This document shows, piece by piece, positions 38,379 through 47,581 of a DNA stretch of 64,000 nt. A program made the position numbers and the translations under genes. The DNA is taken from IMG/VR virus record IMGVR_UViG_3300030106_003254, one strand, 5' to 3'. Under the pieces are notes generated by a model. It worked only from the letters and a program-made list of their open reading frames with translations, had not been told where the DNA came from and searched no databases. Numbering within the stretch: position 1 is the stretch's first letter; each line of letters begins with the position of its first letter. This stretch comes from an uncultured virus (IMG/VR IMGVR_UViG_3300030106_003254) (Duplodnaviria > Heunggongvirae > Uroviricota > Caudoviricetes).

Positions 38379-38989
38379 TGCGGTTTTACGTAGATATAGA
38401 TAATGAAGACCATGTAAATGGTATTACTAAAGCGAGAGAGCATTATAATGCTGCTCTTCCTAAGATAAGTAATCCTGATTATGTGGAGCCTAACCTACAA
38501 GAATGGATTGATAATCCTGACTATGAGCCACCTCAAGGTGACCCAATAATCGAGAACCCTGATTATGTACCTGCTCAAGAGGCAGTAGGAGAGCCTCTTA
38601 TAATGAATCCTGATTATGTGGAGGCAGTTGAAGCTGTCGGACAACCACAGATACCTAATCCTGATTATGATGAGGAAGATGAGGATTCTGAAGAGTTCAT
38701 AGACAACCCTGACTACGTTCCTGCATCAGATGCTGTAGGGGACGAGATGATTGACAACCCTGATTATGTAGAAGCTACTGAGGCTGTCGGGGAGCCAATG
38801 ATTGAAAACCCTGATTACGTAGCACCTGTTGGTGAGCCTATTATAGACAATCCTGACTACACGGAAGGCACTCCAGATCTTCCAACGATGATTGATGATG
38901 AAGGCTTTACAGATAATAAAGACTACATGAAGTGGGTTATTGAGAAGGCTGCTGAGTCCTACGCCAAGGAATTTGGTATCATTGAATAA
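38378..38989 (+). CDS. acidic proline-rich protein with nine IxNPDY repeats
   Basis: repeats visible in translation; TAATG coupling to the upstream gene. Confidence 0.8.
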   Translation: MRFYVDIDNEDHVNGITKAREHYNAALPKISNPDYVEPNLQEWIDNPDYEPPQGDPIIENPDYVPAQEAVGEPLIMNPDYVEAVEAVGQPQIPNPDYDEEDEDSEEFIDNPDYVPASDAVGDEMIDNPDYVEATEAVGEPMIENPDYVAPVGEPIIDNPDYTEGTPDLPTMIDDEGFTDNKDYMKWVIEKAAESYAKEFGIIE

Positions 38990-39010
38990 GTATGATATAT
39001 TGCTCGCTAT

Positions 39011-39184
39011 ATGAGCAATAGTGAGATCGTAGCTAAAGGGGTTACAGGTGTAACAGGATCGTTAATAGCGGTTACCATTCCTTACGCAGAAGTTATTCAA
39101 TGGGGCATCCAAGTTGTTGGAGGTCTCTTAGGTATTACTGTAGCTATAATTACTTTGTATAATCTAATTAAGAAGAAGAAATGA
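39011..39184 (+). CDS. putative holin-like membrane protein (57 aa)
   Basis: hand translation MSNSEIVAKGVTGVTGSLIAVTIPYAEVIQWGIQVVGGLLGITVAIITLYNLIKKKK; hydrophobic with basic tail; upstream TTGGTA-17-TATATT. Confidence 0.65.
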   Translation: MSNSEIVAKGVTGVTGSLIAVTIPYAEVIQWGIQVVGGLLGITVAIITLYNLIKKKK

Positions 39185-39348
39185 ACAAGCAAGCAATACT
39201 AGGTATCATCAGACATATACTAACTTTTGGAGGAGGTTTTATGACACAGAACGGATTAGCTACTGGAGAAGAGATTACCACAGGGGTTTCTGCCGCAGTA
39301 ACTCTTGTCGGCGTTATTTGGTCTATACTGTCCAAAAAGTCTAAATGA
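39181..39348 (+). CDS. putative holin (Pam3-gp28-like, 55 aa)
   Basis: hand translation MNKQAILGIIRHILTFGGG...AVTLVGVIWSILSKKSK; two hydrophobic segments; ATGA coupling at both ends. Confidence 0.7.
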   Translation: MNKQAILGIIRHILTFGGGFMTQNGLATGEEITTGVSAAVTLVGVIWSILSKKSK

Positions 39349-39563
39349 AGAAGTTTTTAGGGCTAATCAAATCAGCCTTAGACGCTTTCGTTCATTTTTC
39401 TGAATGGAAAAGGAGGACTTATATACATGAACTTGAAGATGAAATTGATCGCCTCGCTGCTGATGGTAGCCCTGCTGCCAAGCTGCAACTTGAGCGACTT
39501 AGCAGGAGACTCAAAACTGAACGAGAGCTCCTTGTACGACCCTCCGACGATAACATTGATTAA
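39345..39563 (+). CDS. possible inner-membrane spanin component
   Basis: 72-aa helical ORF overlapped by a lipoprotein gene in another frame; membrane anchor weak. Confidence 0.4.
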   Translation: MKKFLGLIKSALDAFVHFSEWKRRTYIHELEDEIDRLAADGSPAAKLQLERLSRRLKTERELLVRPSDDNID

Positions 39564-39669
39564 AGGTTACGATTATCCTTTTCAAGAGGGTAATTTAATG
39601 GGACGAGGTCAAAAGTTTCACAGTGATTATTCTTATCGCCGTGCTATAATAATAGGAGGAGACAAATAA
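39427..39669 (+). CDS. lipoprotein, possible outer-membrane spanin
   Basis: signal peptide with lipobox LLPSC. Confidence 0.55.
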   Translation: MNLKMKLIASLLMVALLPSCNLSDLAGDSKLNESSLYDPPTITLIKGYDYPFQEGNLMGRGQKFHSDYSYRRAIIIGGDK

Positions 39670-39923
39670 TGCCAAATATAAACATGACACCACGGGCCGG
39701 AGCTAAAGCCGGGAAAAAAGGAAAAGACCTTTTAAGAGCTAGTATTATCGAAAAGAACAAGAAAACAGTTACTCCAAGAGCTACAGCCGTCGCTAGACCC
39801 CTTAAAAGTAACGATGCTAACTTCCGTGGTTATACACCAGAGTTAGGGGGTATGATGCAAAAAGAAGATAAAGACGGAAATCCAATAGGAAAGCCTTACT
39901 ACGCACCTCCAAGAAGACGATAA
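39669..39923 (+). CDS. basic hypothetical protein
   Basis: 84-aa ORF, TAATG-coupled on both sides. Confidence 0.65.
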   Translation: MPNINMTPRAGAKAGKKGKDLLRASIIEKNKKTVTPRATAVARPLKSNDANFRGYTPELGGMMQKEDKDGNPIGKPYYAPPRRR

Positions 39924-40429
39924 TGTTCTGGAAAAGACTATTTCAACCTAAGAAAAAGGTAGTATCTAAAAAACCCGTCGTAAACTCCGCAGCCGGGATA
40001 CAAACAACGGCTTACGATTTAGCGATGCGTTATGTAGGTGTGAAGGAAGTACCGGGTACAAAAGACAACCCTATAGTGCTTTCTATGCTTAGATTGGATA
40101 GTAATTGGCCTGAACACGACGAAGTTCCTTGGTGTTCTGGTTTTATGAACTGGATTGCATGGCATTTAAGATTACCCAGATCTAAGAGTTTAATGGCTAG
40201 AAGCTGGTTAAACGTAGGAAAACCTGTCTCTTTGAGTGATGCTGAACCGGGATTTGACGTAGTTATATTGTGGAGAGGTAATCCTGACGGCCCAAGTGGA
40301 CATGTTGGTTTATACGCAGGTACTGGGTCTGGTACTATAAAGATCTTGGGAGGAAACCAAGGAAATGCTGTAACTATATCAGAATATCCTAAGAATAGAT
40401 TACTAGGAATTCGTAGAATATATGGTTAA
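39923..40429 (+). CDS. TIGR02594-family NlpC/P60-like peptidoglycan hydrolase (endolysin candidate)
   Basis: DEVPWCSGFMNW, ARSWL, GHVG, LGGNQ motifs. Confidence 0.85.
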   Translation: MFWKRLFQPKKKVVSKKPVVNSAAGIQTTAYDLAMRYVGVKEVPGTKDNPIVLSMLRLDSNWPEHDEVPWCSGFMNWIAWHLRLPRSKSLMARSWLNVGKPVSLSDAEPGFDVVILWRGNPDGPSGHVGLYAGTGSGTIKILGGNQGNAVTISEYPKNRLLGIRRIYG

Positions 40430-40460
40430 TTATAGTAGATAAATTTAAACTATATAATAC

Positions 40461-40727
40461 ATGGCTCAAGTTAACCAAATAACAGGAATAAAAGTTACAG
40501 CAGATAGCGGAACAGCATGCACATTCGTTAAAATTGAAAATGGCGTTATGGATGTAGATACTTTGGCAGCAGGAACCTCTTCTACGTTTCAACTTACTTC
40601 AGTAACTGTAGATACTACTAACCACGTAGTTAGTGGGTACACTTCTGACGGAGTTCGTTACGTTTTTGATAAACGTGGGGCGGGACAAGGTTCTTTAGAT
40701 ATCGCATTAGCTGGATCTGACACTTAA
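40461..40727 (+). CDS. hypothetical virion protein
   Basis: 88-aa beta-rich ORF. Confidence 0.6.
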   Translation: MAQVNQITGIKVTADSGTACTFVKIENGVMDVDTLAAGTSSTFQLTSVTVDTTNHVVSGYTSDGVRYVFDKRGAGQGSLDIALAGSDT

Positions 40728-40735
40728 GCTTTAAT

Positions 40736-42487
40736 ATGCCTAAGCCTCCGTCACCGCCTCCGCGTAAGCAGAGAGTGTTAAACTTCGTATCTCCGAAGGT
40801 AGCGGATATTATTTTCTATGAACTTCGTGATGGTAGGCTTCCTCAATATAAGACTACCCCGGCATACGGAACCGCTCACCCAGATAAAAGAAAGTACCCA
40901 AACCATAAATTAGTTTTCGTTACCCCCGCAACCGCCTCGGAAGACGGGTGGCAAAAATGGTATTACGCAGCTTCTAGAGAGTCTCAAGATGATTACAATT
41001 TTGAGATTGATGGAGATGAAAGACTCACTAGAACATACATATATCCTAGGGCAGACTATTTACTAGATACATACAAGACTTCAGTCAAACCTGCCGTAGG
41101 TACTGTTGATACAAAATTTACAGATTTTCAATTTCAAGAGGAAGACATTAGAAGAACTTCAGACAAAATTATAGATTCATATTTTGTTGTAATACAACGT
41201 GTCTTTGTAAACCCTAATAAAATAGTGGCGGCTTCTGAGTCTGGAACTGCTAGAGGTGAGACAGGGTCTGAAACTACTTTGGGTACATATCAAACTGCAC
41301 ACGCAGTTTCTCCCGGAATAGTTCTACAAAGGTCTTCTAGGTTAACCGAGTATGATCTTTGGAATAACACAGAAAGCCGTTTAGCTTTACGTGCTGGTGT
41401 AAATAACACCGCTACAACACAAAGAGTGGGTTACACTGAGACAAGCACTTCAGAGTTATCATTAACAGAACCCGCAGCTAGTTCAGAGCCTTCTTTCAAT
41501 AAAAGGTTAGTTACCACAGATGCTGAAGGTAAAGATGCTGTTTGGGCTGCTAGTAGGTCTACAAGGGCAGCTAAACCTGCTAATGGTAGTGAAATGGTTA
41601 CGTTTTTAGGGGGTGGGGTAGCTGATGTAGATATTAGATTAGTTACAGATTTAACTCAACCTGACACAGGTTTTTATGTTGTAGGGTCTAGTGTAAGTCC
41701 TTTAGGTAACGGAGACGCTATTAAAACAACTAAAACTATTAATGATTACCCAGCTTTAGTAGAAAATAGATACGACAGTCAGTTGGACGCTATGCTGACT
41801 ATAACTAAAACAGTAGTAGTACCGGGAACTGTAACAGGCAGTAAGTCTGTAGGAAACATTACAGAGATTAGACCTGTTGACAGGTGGCGTTCTGTTCAAA
41901 TAGTTACGACGGCTGCTGGAGTAGAACGTACAGAAATAATACCCGGAGTATTTAACTTTAGAGTCCCCCCTGTACTAAACAGGTGCGGCTTTTATTACAC
42001 TTATGCTTATGCTAATTCGGGTGCTGGGAATTACGCCCAAGACAGAGACGTTTCACTTTTGTTTGAGGTAACAGAAGCTTATACTGAAGCCGTTAAAGGT
42101 CAGACACGTAGGATAATAACCAGTTCTTTGGACGGCATTATAGAAGAAAACCCAGTCATTAACTTTAAACCTCAGAGTCATACCATTAACTGGCTTTCGG
42201 CATCTTCTTATTACAGCTCTAAAACTGTTTGGGCTAAAGCAAACGTTAGGTCTTGGCAGTCCCCCATGGCTCTATGTCCGGGACTTGATATAGAAAGCCC
42301 TCCACATTTTCCCGGAGATCAATTAAACGGGTTTGCCATAGATGATCAATACACTACTAGGATACCAGCAACTTCTCCTACAGGTCTTCCCGCAGCAGGT
42401 ACTTTAATGACTATAGATATTAAAACCAGAAAACTTAAATTAGGTTATTGGGAAGTTTTAATTACAGAAATATTTAGTCCCGGTTAA
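40736..42487 (+). CDS. virion/tail structural protein
   Basis: 583-aa T/S/V-rich ORF in the structural module. Confidence 0.55.
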   Translation: MPKPPSPPPRKQRVLNFVSPKVADIIFYELRDGRLPQYKTTPAYGTAHPDKRKYPNHKLVFVTPATASEDGWQKWYYAASRESQDDYNFEIDGDERLTRTYIYPRADYLLDTYKTSVKPAVGTVDTKFTDFQFQEEDIRRTSDKIIDSYFVVIQRVFVNPNKIVAASESGTARGETGSETTLGTYQTAHAVSPGIVLQRSSRLTEYDLWNNTESRLALRAGVNNTATTQRVGYTETSTSELSLTEPAASSEPSFNKRLVTTDAEGKDAVWAASRSTRAAKPANGSEMVTFLGGGVADVDIRLVTDLTQPDTGFYVVGSSVSPLGNGDAIKTTKTINDYPALVENRYDSQLDAMLTITKTVVVPGTVTGSKSVGNITEIRPVDRWRSVQIVTTAAGVERTEIIPGVFNFRVPPVLNRCGFYYTYAYANSGAGNYAQDRDVSLLFEVTEAYTEAVKGQTRRIITSSLDGIIEENPVINFKPQSHTINWLSASSYYSSKTVWAKANVRSWQSPMALCPGLDIESPPHFPGDQLNGFAIDDQYTTRIPATSPTGLPAAGTLMTIDIKTRKLKLGYWEVLITEIFSPG

Positions 42488-43903
42488 ATGTCAAGGTTAA
42501 GAGATTTAGAAGCGGAGGTAGAAGCTTTACGCATGCTTGTCGGCGATTTGTCCGACGCCGTAAACAATAAAGAACCTAAAGAAGATGCCGCTGATAAAGA
42601 GGCTAAAGCAGATAAACCTGATAGAGAAGAAGTAAAGAAAGACCAAGAAGAAATTGGTTTTAACGAATTACTGCGGCAACAAGAAGAAGCTAATGAAGTG
42701 TCTGCTCTTGAGAGGTTTCGTACGGGGCCTTCAGCTTTAGAAGATTTTAATAATGAAACTCGTAGGAGACGTGCCGAGTTAGACGATTTTTTTAATGGAG
42801 ACATTAGGCTACAAGAAGAATTACAAAAAGACCCCGAAGCAGTTAAAGGAGAGGTCCAAGAAATCGTAAATAATGAAAAACCTCAACCTGCTAGAAACCC
42901 TGTTAAGATTGATCCCGGATCACCTAAAAAAGAAGAACTACGCACTAACGCACAGCCCGGTTTTATATCTCTTAAGGCAGAAGACCCTGACGGAAAGTAT
43001 TTTAATTACGAGGTTTTAGGAGTAAAGACTGGGTCAGAGTTAACAGACCCTTCAGTTTATAACCTCCCCCTAGCTGCCGATGGTACGAGAGGAGGAGCTC
43101 AAATAGGGTACCCAGAACCCGGTACAGGTGAAAGAGATTATCCAGTTAAATTAGGAACTGGAGCTGACGCTGAACAAATGTATGTAAATGTCCCTTGGAC
43201 GGATACTGGATCATACAGCGGCCCTTTTAAGTTAGAGAAAGTTACTATTAGTGGTACAGATAAAGTTAGAGTACATGCAGGAAAGTTATACGCTCGAGTA
43301 GACACCTGTACGATGTCTGCTCAAACAGTTTTAACCGCAGCTAGTACTTCTTATCATGCTACTGAAAAAACAGATGGGCAGTCTGGAAGACCTAATCTAA
43401 ATCATACTCATACTGTTGGCGGGTATACAGATAATACAACTCTTAGTGGTGTTTCTGGTAGCGAACATTTACACGTTTTGGGTTCGTCTGTTACTGTAGG
43501 CCCTGCATCTTTCCCAAATTTGGTTAATTCCACAACACCAGCCACTATATTTAAAATAACAGGACAAGCTGAAAGCTCCATCAATACCGACACCCACGCA
43601 CAGCAAGATTTTTCACAGTCTACAGGTGTGTTTTACGCTAAATGGGAAGTTACAATCAATAGTAGTGCTGTAGTAACAGATGCTACATTAGATGTAGTTA
43701 GAACCGCAGTAGGGGGTACAGCTCCTTCAGATGTGCCTTTTGGGCCCTTAACTGAAGGTTCAGGTACTTTAACAAGAGCCAGTAGTTCAGCTAGAATAGG
43801 CACTTTTTATAGAGAAATAGGCACTGTAACATCTAGTTCAGTTACACAAACTATGCACGATAACGTTCATTGGTCGATGTTTGTATTACCTGAAGTAACT
43901 TAA
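42488..43903 (+). CDS. tail spike/needle-like protein
   Basis: acidic coiled N-terminus; LPLAADGTRGG and YVNVPWTDT fibre motifs; two HxH motifs. Confidence 0.5.
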   Translation: MSRLRDLEAEVEALRMLVGDLSDAVNNKEPKEDAADKEAKADKPDREEVKKDQEEIGFNELLRQQEEANEVSALERFRTGPSALEDFNNETRRRRAELDDFFNGDIRLQEELQKDPEAVKGEVQEIVNNEKPQPARNPVKIDPGSPKKEELRTNAQPGFISLKAEDPDGKYFNYEVLGVKTGSELTDPSVYNLPLAADGTRGGAQIGYPEPGTGERDYPVKLGTGADAEQMYVNVPWTDTGSYSGPFKLEKVTISGTDKVRVHAGKLYARVDTCTMSAQTVLTAASTSYHATEKTDGQSGRPNLNHTHTVGGYTDNTTLSGVSGSEHLHVLGSSVTVGPASFPNLVNSTTPATIFKITGQAESSINTDTHAQQDFSQSTGVFYAKWEVTINSSAVVTDATLDVVRTAVGGTAPSDVPFGPLTEGSGTLTRASSSARIGTFYREIGTVTSSSVTQTMHDNVHWSMFVLPEVT

Positions 43904-43959
43904 TTATTACCCCACAGATATATTGGCCTTTTCAAGATAAAAGGTTATATTTGACGTAT

Positions 43960-44631
43960 ATGGCTAACGAACGTCCTTTAACATTATCCGAAGCTAGAAC
44001 ACTGTTAAGCACACATGCACACACAGATGATTTTGAGTTAGCTTTGAATGAAGCTTTAGAACGTATATATTCTGAAGGTATTTGGGATGGTGTAGTAGAT
44101 AGAATAGATCTAAACCCTAATGGGGGTACTTATATTTCTAATGAAATAATAACCCTTCCCTATGATTATGAGGCACTCATAGCTATTGCTATAGACGATA
44201 ATCCTGTACCGATCATGGCTAGGCAATATGAATTCATGTCATCAGGCCCCGGTATTGAGGATGCAGGTAAAGGCGGAGGAGTTATAGTAGACTTAGGTTT
44301 TGATGATTCTGGAGGAACTGCCCTCCGTAAGTATAAAATACTTACAGACATTACTTCTAGCACAGAGGTAGAAGGACTCTTAAAGAAAAGATTCAAGTAT
44401 TTGACCGCAGATAGCGATTTAGTATTCCCAGCCAACATTGGGGCGTTGAAACACGCACTGTTGGCTATTGTGTACGAGAATGAGGGAGATATAGAAAGAA
44501 GCACAGCTTTTTGGGCTGAGTGCTATGACATTTTACAATCAGCTAAACAAGTAAGTAAAGCTGGCATTAACAATCCTAACCCACAACAACCTTGGGGTTT
44601 TATGACTAACAAACCATATAACATTATATAA
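43960..44631 (+). CDS. putative head-tail adaptor / tail tubular A-like protein
   Basis: size, position and helical ends; TTGGCC-17-TATATT upstream supports ATG 43960. Confidence 0.5.
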   Translation: MANERPLTLSEARTLLSTHAHTDDFELALNEALERIYSEGIWDGVVDRIDLNPNGGTYISNEIITLPYDYEALIAIAIDDNPVPIMARQYEFMSSGPGIEDAGKGGGVIVDLGFDDSGGTALRKYKILTDITSSTEVEGLLKKRFKYLTADSDLVFPANIGALKHALLAIVYENEGDIERSTAFWAECYDILQSAKQVSKAGINNPNPQQPWGFMTNKPYNII

Positions 44632-45131
44632 TGGCTAACATTGACTCAACACCGAGAGATATTCCTTATTCTGGGGATCAAAGACCTGAGTTTCAAACTC
44701 GTATGGGAGAATACAGGCGTGTAAGAAATCTTTTAAACAGGGCTGCTGGAGCGGCTAGAAGAAGAGGAGATGCTACTAGTTATATATCTCTTGTAGACTT
44801 AGGGGCTAAACGTGGCATCCAAGTAGGGGGCACCGATAGAGTACCAAGGATACAGCAGAAAGTTTTAGCAGATATGGCGAGAGATCGTGAAAACGCCATA
44901 GCAAACGCTGAAGCTGCTCGTAAGGCAAAAGATATAGCTAATCAACCTATGCCGGAAGGCCCTAGAGTGCGAAGGGAAAGACCTCCAGTTAATGTTGCGC
45001 CGCCCGAATCAGACGACGCAAAAACAGCCTTACAACAAACTACACCAGTAGACCCTAACGATGAGCAGTTTGGGTTAGTTAATAGCCCTTATGGGGATCA
45101 ATATTACCAAGAAGATTTTAGTTTTAGTTAA
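44631..45131 (+). CDS. putative internal virion protein
   Basis: 166-aa ORF at the start of the ejection-protein-like cluster. Confidence 0.5.
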   Translation: MANIDSTPRDIPYSGDQRPEFQTRMGEYRRVRNLLNRAAGAARRRGDATSYISLVDLGAKRGIQVGGTDRVPRIQQKVLADMARDRENAIANAEAARKAKDIANQPMPEGPRVRRERPPVNVAPPESDDAKTALQQTTPVDPNDEQFGLVNSPYGDQYYQEDFSFS

Positions 45132-47580
45132 AAATATTATGGCAGATGCAGACATGATGGGGCGTAGACGCCGCGAACAAATTCTAGCAGAAGAACAAGA
45201 AAAATACGGCCCTACGTATCGACCCACTCAGTTCGGTAGTAGTATTTCTTTTGAAGAAACTAAATTAACTTCAGAAAAAGCTAAACAATTATTACCATCT
45301 ATCCACAACACTTTAACGGCATTAGGGTTAGTACCCGGAGCCGGGATAGTCTTTGATATAGCTGACGCCGGTGTCTATGGTTTAGAAGCTTTGTTTGCTA
45401 AAGACTCCGAATCTCGAAAAAGCGCAATGGCAGGCATGGCGTTAGCGGGAACTGCGGCAATACCTCTTGTTGGGCTTGGTGGTGGACTAGCTAAACTCGG
45501 AAAAAATTTACAAAAATCTTCGGAAGAAGTTATGTCTTTGGGTAAAGAAGCTCAAGAGATTGCGAAAAAAGCTGAAGACACTTTAGCTAAACTTTCCCCA
45601 AACCCTTCTTCTAAAGAATTAGCAGATTTAGATAAACTAAATAATGCTTTTAATGACATCGTAAATAAACAGCTTCCAAAAGCTAAAGAGCAATTTAGCG
45701 ATCTTTTGAACCAAGCAGACGAAGCTTTAAAATCAACTAAAACAAAAGCTTCTCAAACCGTAACAGACGCCACATCAGGGATGTCTGTTAAAAATAGGAC
45801 TAAGTATATAGAGGAAACTCAAAAAATTATAGGTGATATTAAGAAAAGCACCGCAGACGACATTAAAAAATTTAAAGAAATAAGAACTGGGGCTAAGAAA
45901 ACTGTTAAACAATCTGAAAAAGGTATACCCGGAGCTACTGATACTATTGGCTATGTTAGGTATTCACAGGATGTAGCTGCTCGAGGTAAACTTCCTCCAG
46001 CTACTCAGAAAAGATTAAATAAACTAGATGATGAGTTGGGTGTAACAGCAAAGAATCAACCTTTTGAGCAGCGTCGAACGGCAGACTTTCAAGCGAGAAA
46101 CCCAGACGTTAGTTTAGCACCATCTATTGTTAGACCCTCCAAAACAGAGTTAGCTCCGGTAGTGCAGAAAAATGCTATAGAAAAAAATGTCACTCCCTTT
46201 AGAACTACTACCGATACAAGAGCTCGGGGCAACCCAGCACAGGAATTGCTTTTAAGGCAGAGGCAGGCAAGAAGGCGAGGTTTTTCGGGTGCTTCTGAGT
46301 CTCAAAGACGTAATTTTGGGTTAGTCCCAAACCAAAAACGTTTGCCCGCTCCCCCTACTACTTCGACAGGAAGCACAGTACCAGTTCCAAATGTTGGAAA
46401 AGGTACGGCTGGAGCGACGTCTACTCCGACATCTACTTCTATGCCGCCGATTAATCCTAGTGCGGTACCTTCGGCAACAAGAACTTACCCGACACCTTCG
46501 GGCAGTCCTACAGTAAATGCCAGTACTCCTACGAGAGCTGGAAGGGATTTACCTTTTCCCAATGTACCTACTCAGACAGTACTAAACACTACTAAAACAG
46601 GAAAACCATTTCCTAGACAACCCGTTAGAGCTGGAGACGAAGCACTTCAAGGTACAGCAGGGTTTACTTCTAGAATCCCCGGAGCTTCTTTGCGTCGTCC
46701 TAAAACAACCGCTTTAGCTATGGGAGGGGTAATGGGTCTTACTGCTGCGGGTAGAGCTATTCAGATGAGTAGAGCTGATCAACAGAGAAAAGAAAATCAA
46801 CTTAGGCAGGAAGAAGCTCGTCGGCAGACTCAAAGAGAAGCTGAAGAAGCTTTTAGTGTTGGGCAAGAAGAAGCTGAAGAAGCTTTCAACGCCTCAGGCG
46901 CAAAAGCAGCTCCAACCGCACGAGCAACTTCTAGTTCAGATACAGCTCCTAATTGGAGAGATTCTATGCCTTCAGGAAGGGTCGCACCTAAGACGTTATT
47001 TGACGCAGCGATGCCTGAAGTACCTGTACCACCACAACCTCAAAAAAGTAAAGAGCCTGTAGATACCCCTGAACCGGGTAAAGTAGCTCAAGATGATCTA
47101 CGGAAAAAGATAGTAAATTCTATCGACGTAGATAAAACACGTAAGAGAGAACAAGACAGGATAAATAGACTTCAGCTACAAGCTAGGAGAGCTATGGGGA
47201 CAGGCACCCCAAGAGGAGGCGGGTTACAGTTTTTAAGAACTGAACCAGAACGTTTGAATAGGATAGAAGAGGGGCAAGCAAGTATTGCTGCCGATCAGAC
47301 TCCTAGGGACGAAGCTTTGAGGAGAGCCCGTCAAAGGATGGATACAGTTAGAGCCGCTCAAAGAGGTAGGGATCAATACTATCAAGACATAGTTAAAGGG
47401 AGTAGACGTAGGACTAATCCATACATGGTTGGCCCCGCACCCGATAGTAAGGGGTTTGAAACAGAAGCTGACGCAAAAAGAATTAGAAACATTCAAGAAG
47501 GAAAGTTTGCAGATATTTTAGACGACGAGGATAAGACAAACATACGTAGGCGTTTTAATTTATTTAGAAAAAACAGATAA
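45091..47580 (+). CDS. putative internal virion protein with pre-toxin TG-like segment
   Basis: LGLVPGAGIVFDIADAGVY...AAIPLVG segment; true start may be ATG 45139. Confidence 0.55.
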   Translation: MGINITKKILVLVKNIMADADMMGRRRREQILAEEQEKYGPTYRPTQFGSSISFEETKLTSEKAKQLLPSIHNTLTALGLVPGAGIVFDIADAGVYGLEALFAKDSESRKSAMAGMALAGTAAIPLVGLGGGLAKLGKNLQKSSEEVMSLGKEAQEIAKKAEDTLAKLSPNPSSKELADLDKLNNAFNDIVNKQLPKAKEQFSDLLNQADEALKSTKTKASQTVTDATSGMSVKNRTKYIEETQKIIGDIKKSTADDIKKFKEIRTGAKKTVKQSEKGIPGATDTIGYVRYSQDVAARGKLPPATQKRLNKLDDELGVTAKNQPFEQRRTADFQARNPDVSLAPSIVRPSKTELAPVVQKNAIEKNVTPFRTTTDTRARGNPAQELLLRQRQARRRGFSGASESQRRNFGLVPNQKRLPAPPTTSTGSTVPVPNVGKGTAGATSTPTSTSMPPINPSAVPSATRTYPTPSGSPTVNASTPTRAGRDLPFPNVPTQTVLNTTKTGKPFPRQPVRAGDEALQGTAGFTSRIPGASLRRPKTTALAMGGVMGLTAAGRAIQMSRADQQRKENQLRQEEARRQTQREAEEAFSVGQEEAEEAFNASGAKAAPTARATSSSDTAPNWRDSMPSGRVAPKTLFDAAMPEVPVPPQPQKSKEPVDTPEPGKVAQDDLRKKIVNSIDVDKTRKREQDRINRLQLQARRAMGTGTPRGGGLQFLRTEPERLNRIEEGQASIAADQTPRDEALRRARQRMDTVRAAQRGRDQYYQDIVKGSRRRTNPYMVGPAPDSKGFETEADAKRIRNIQEGKFADILDDEDKTNIRRRFNLFRKNR

Positions 47581-47581
47581 C

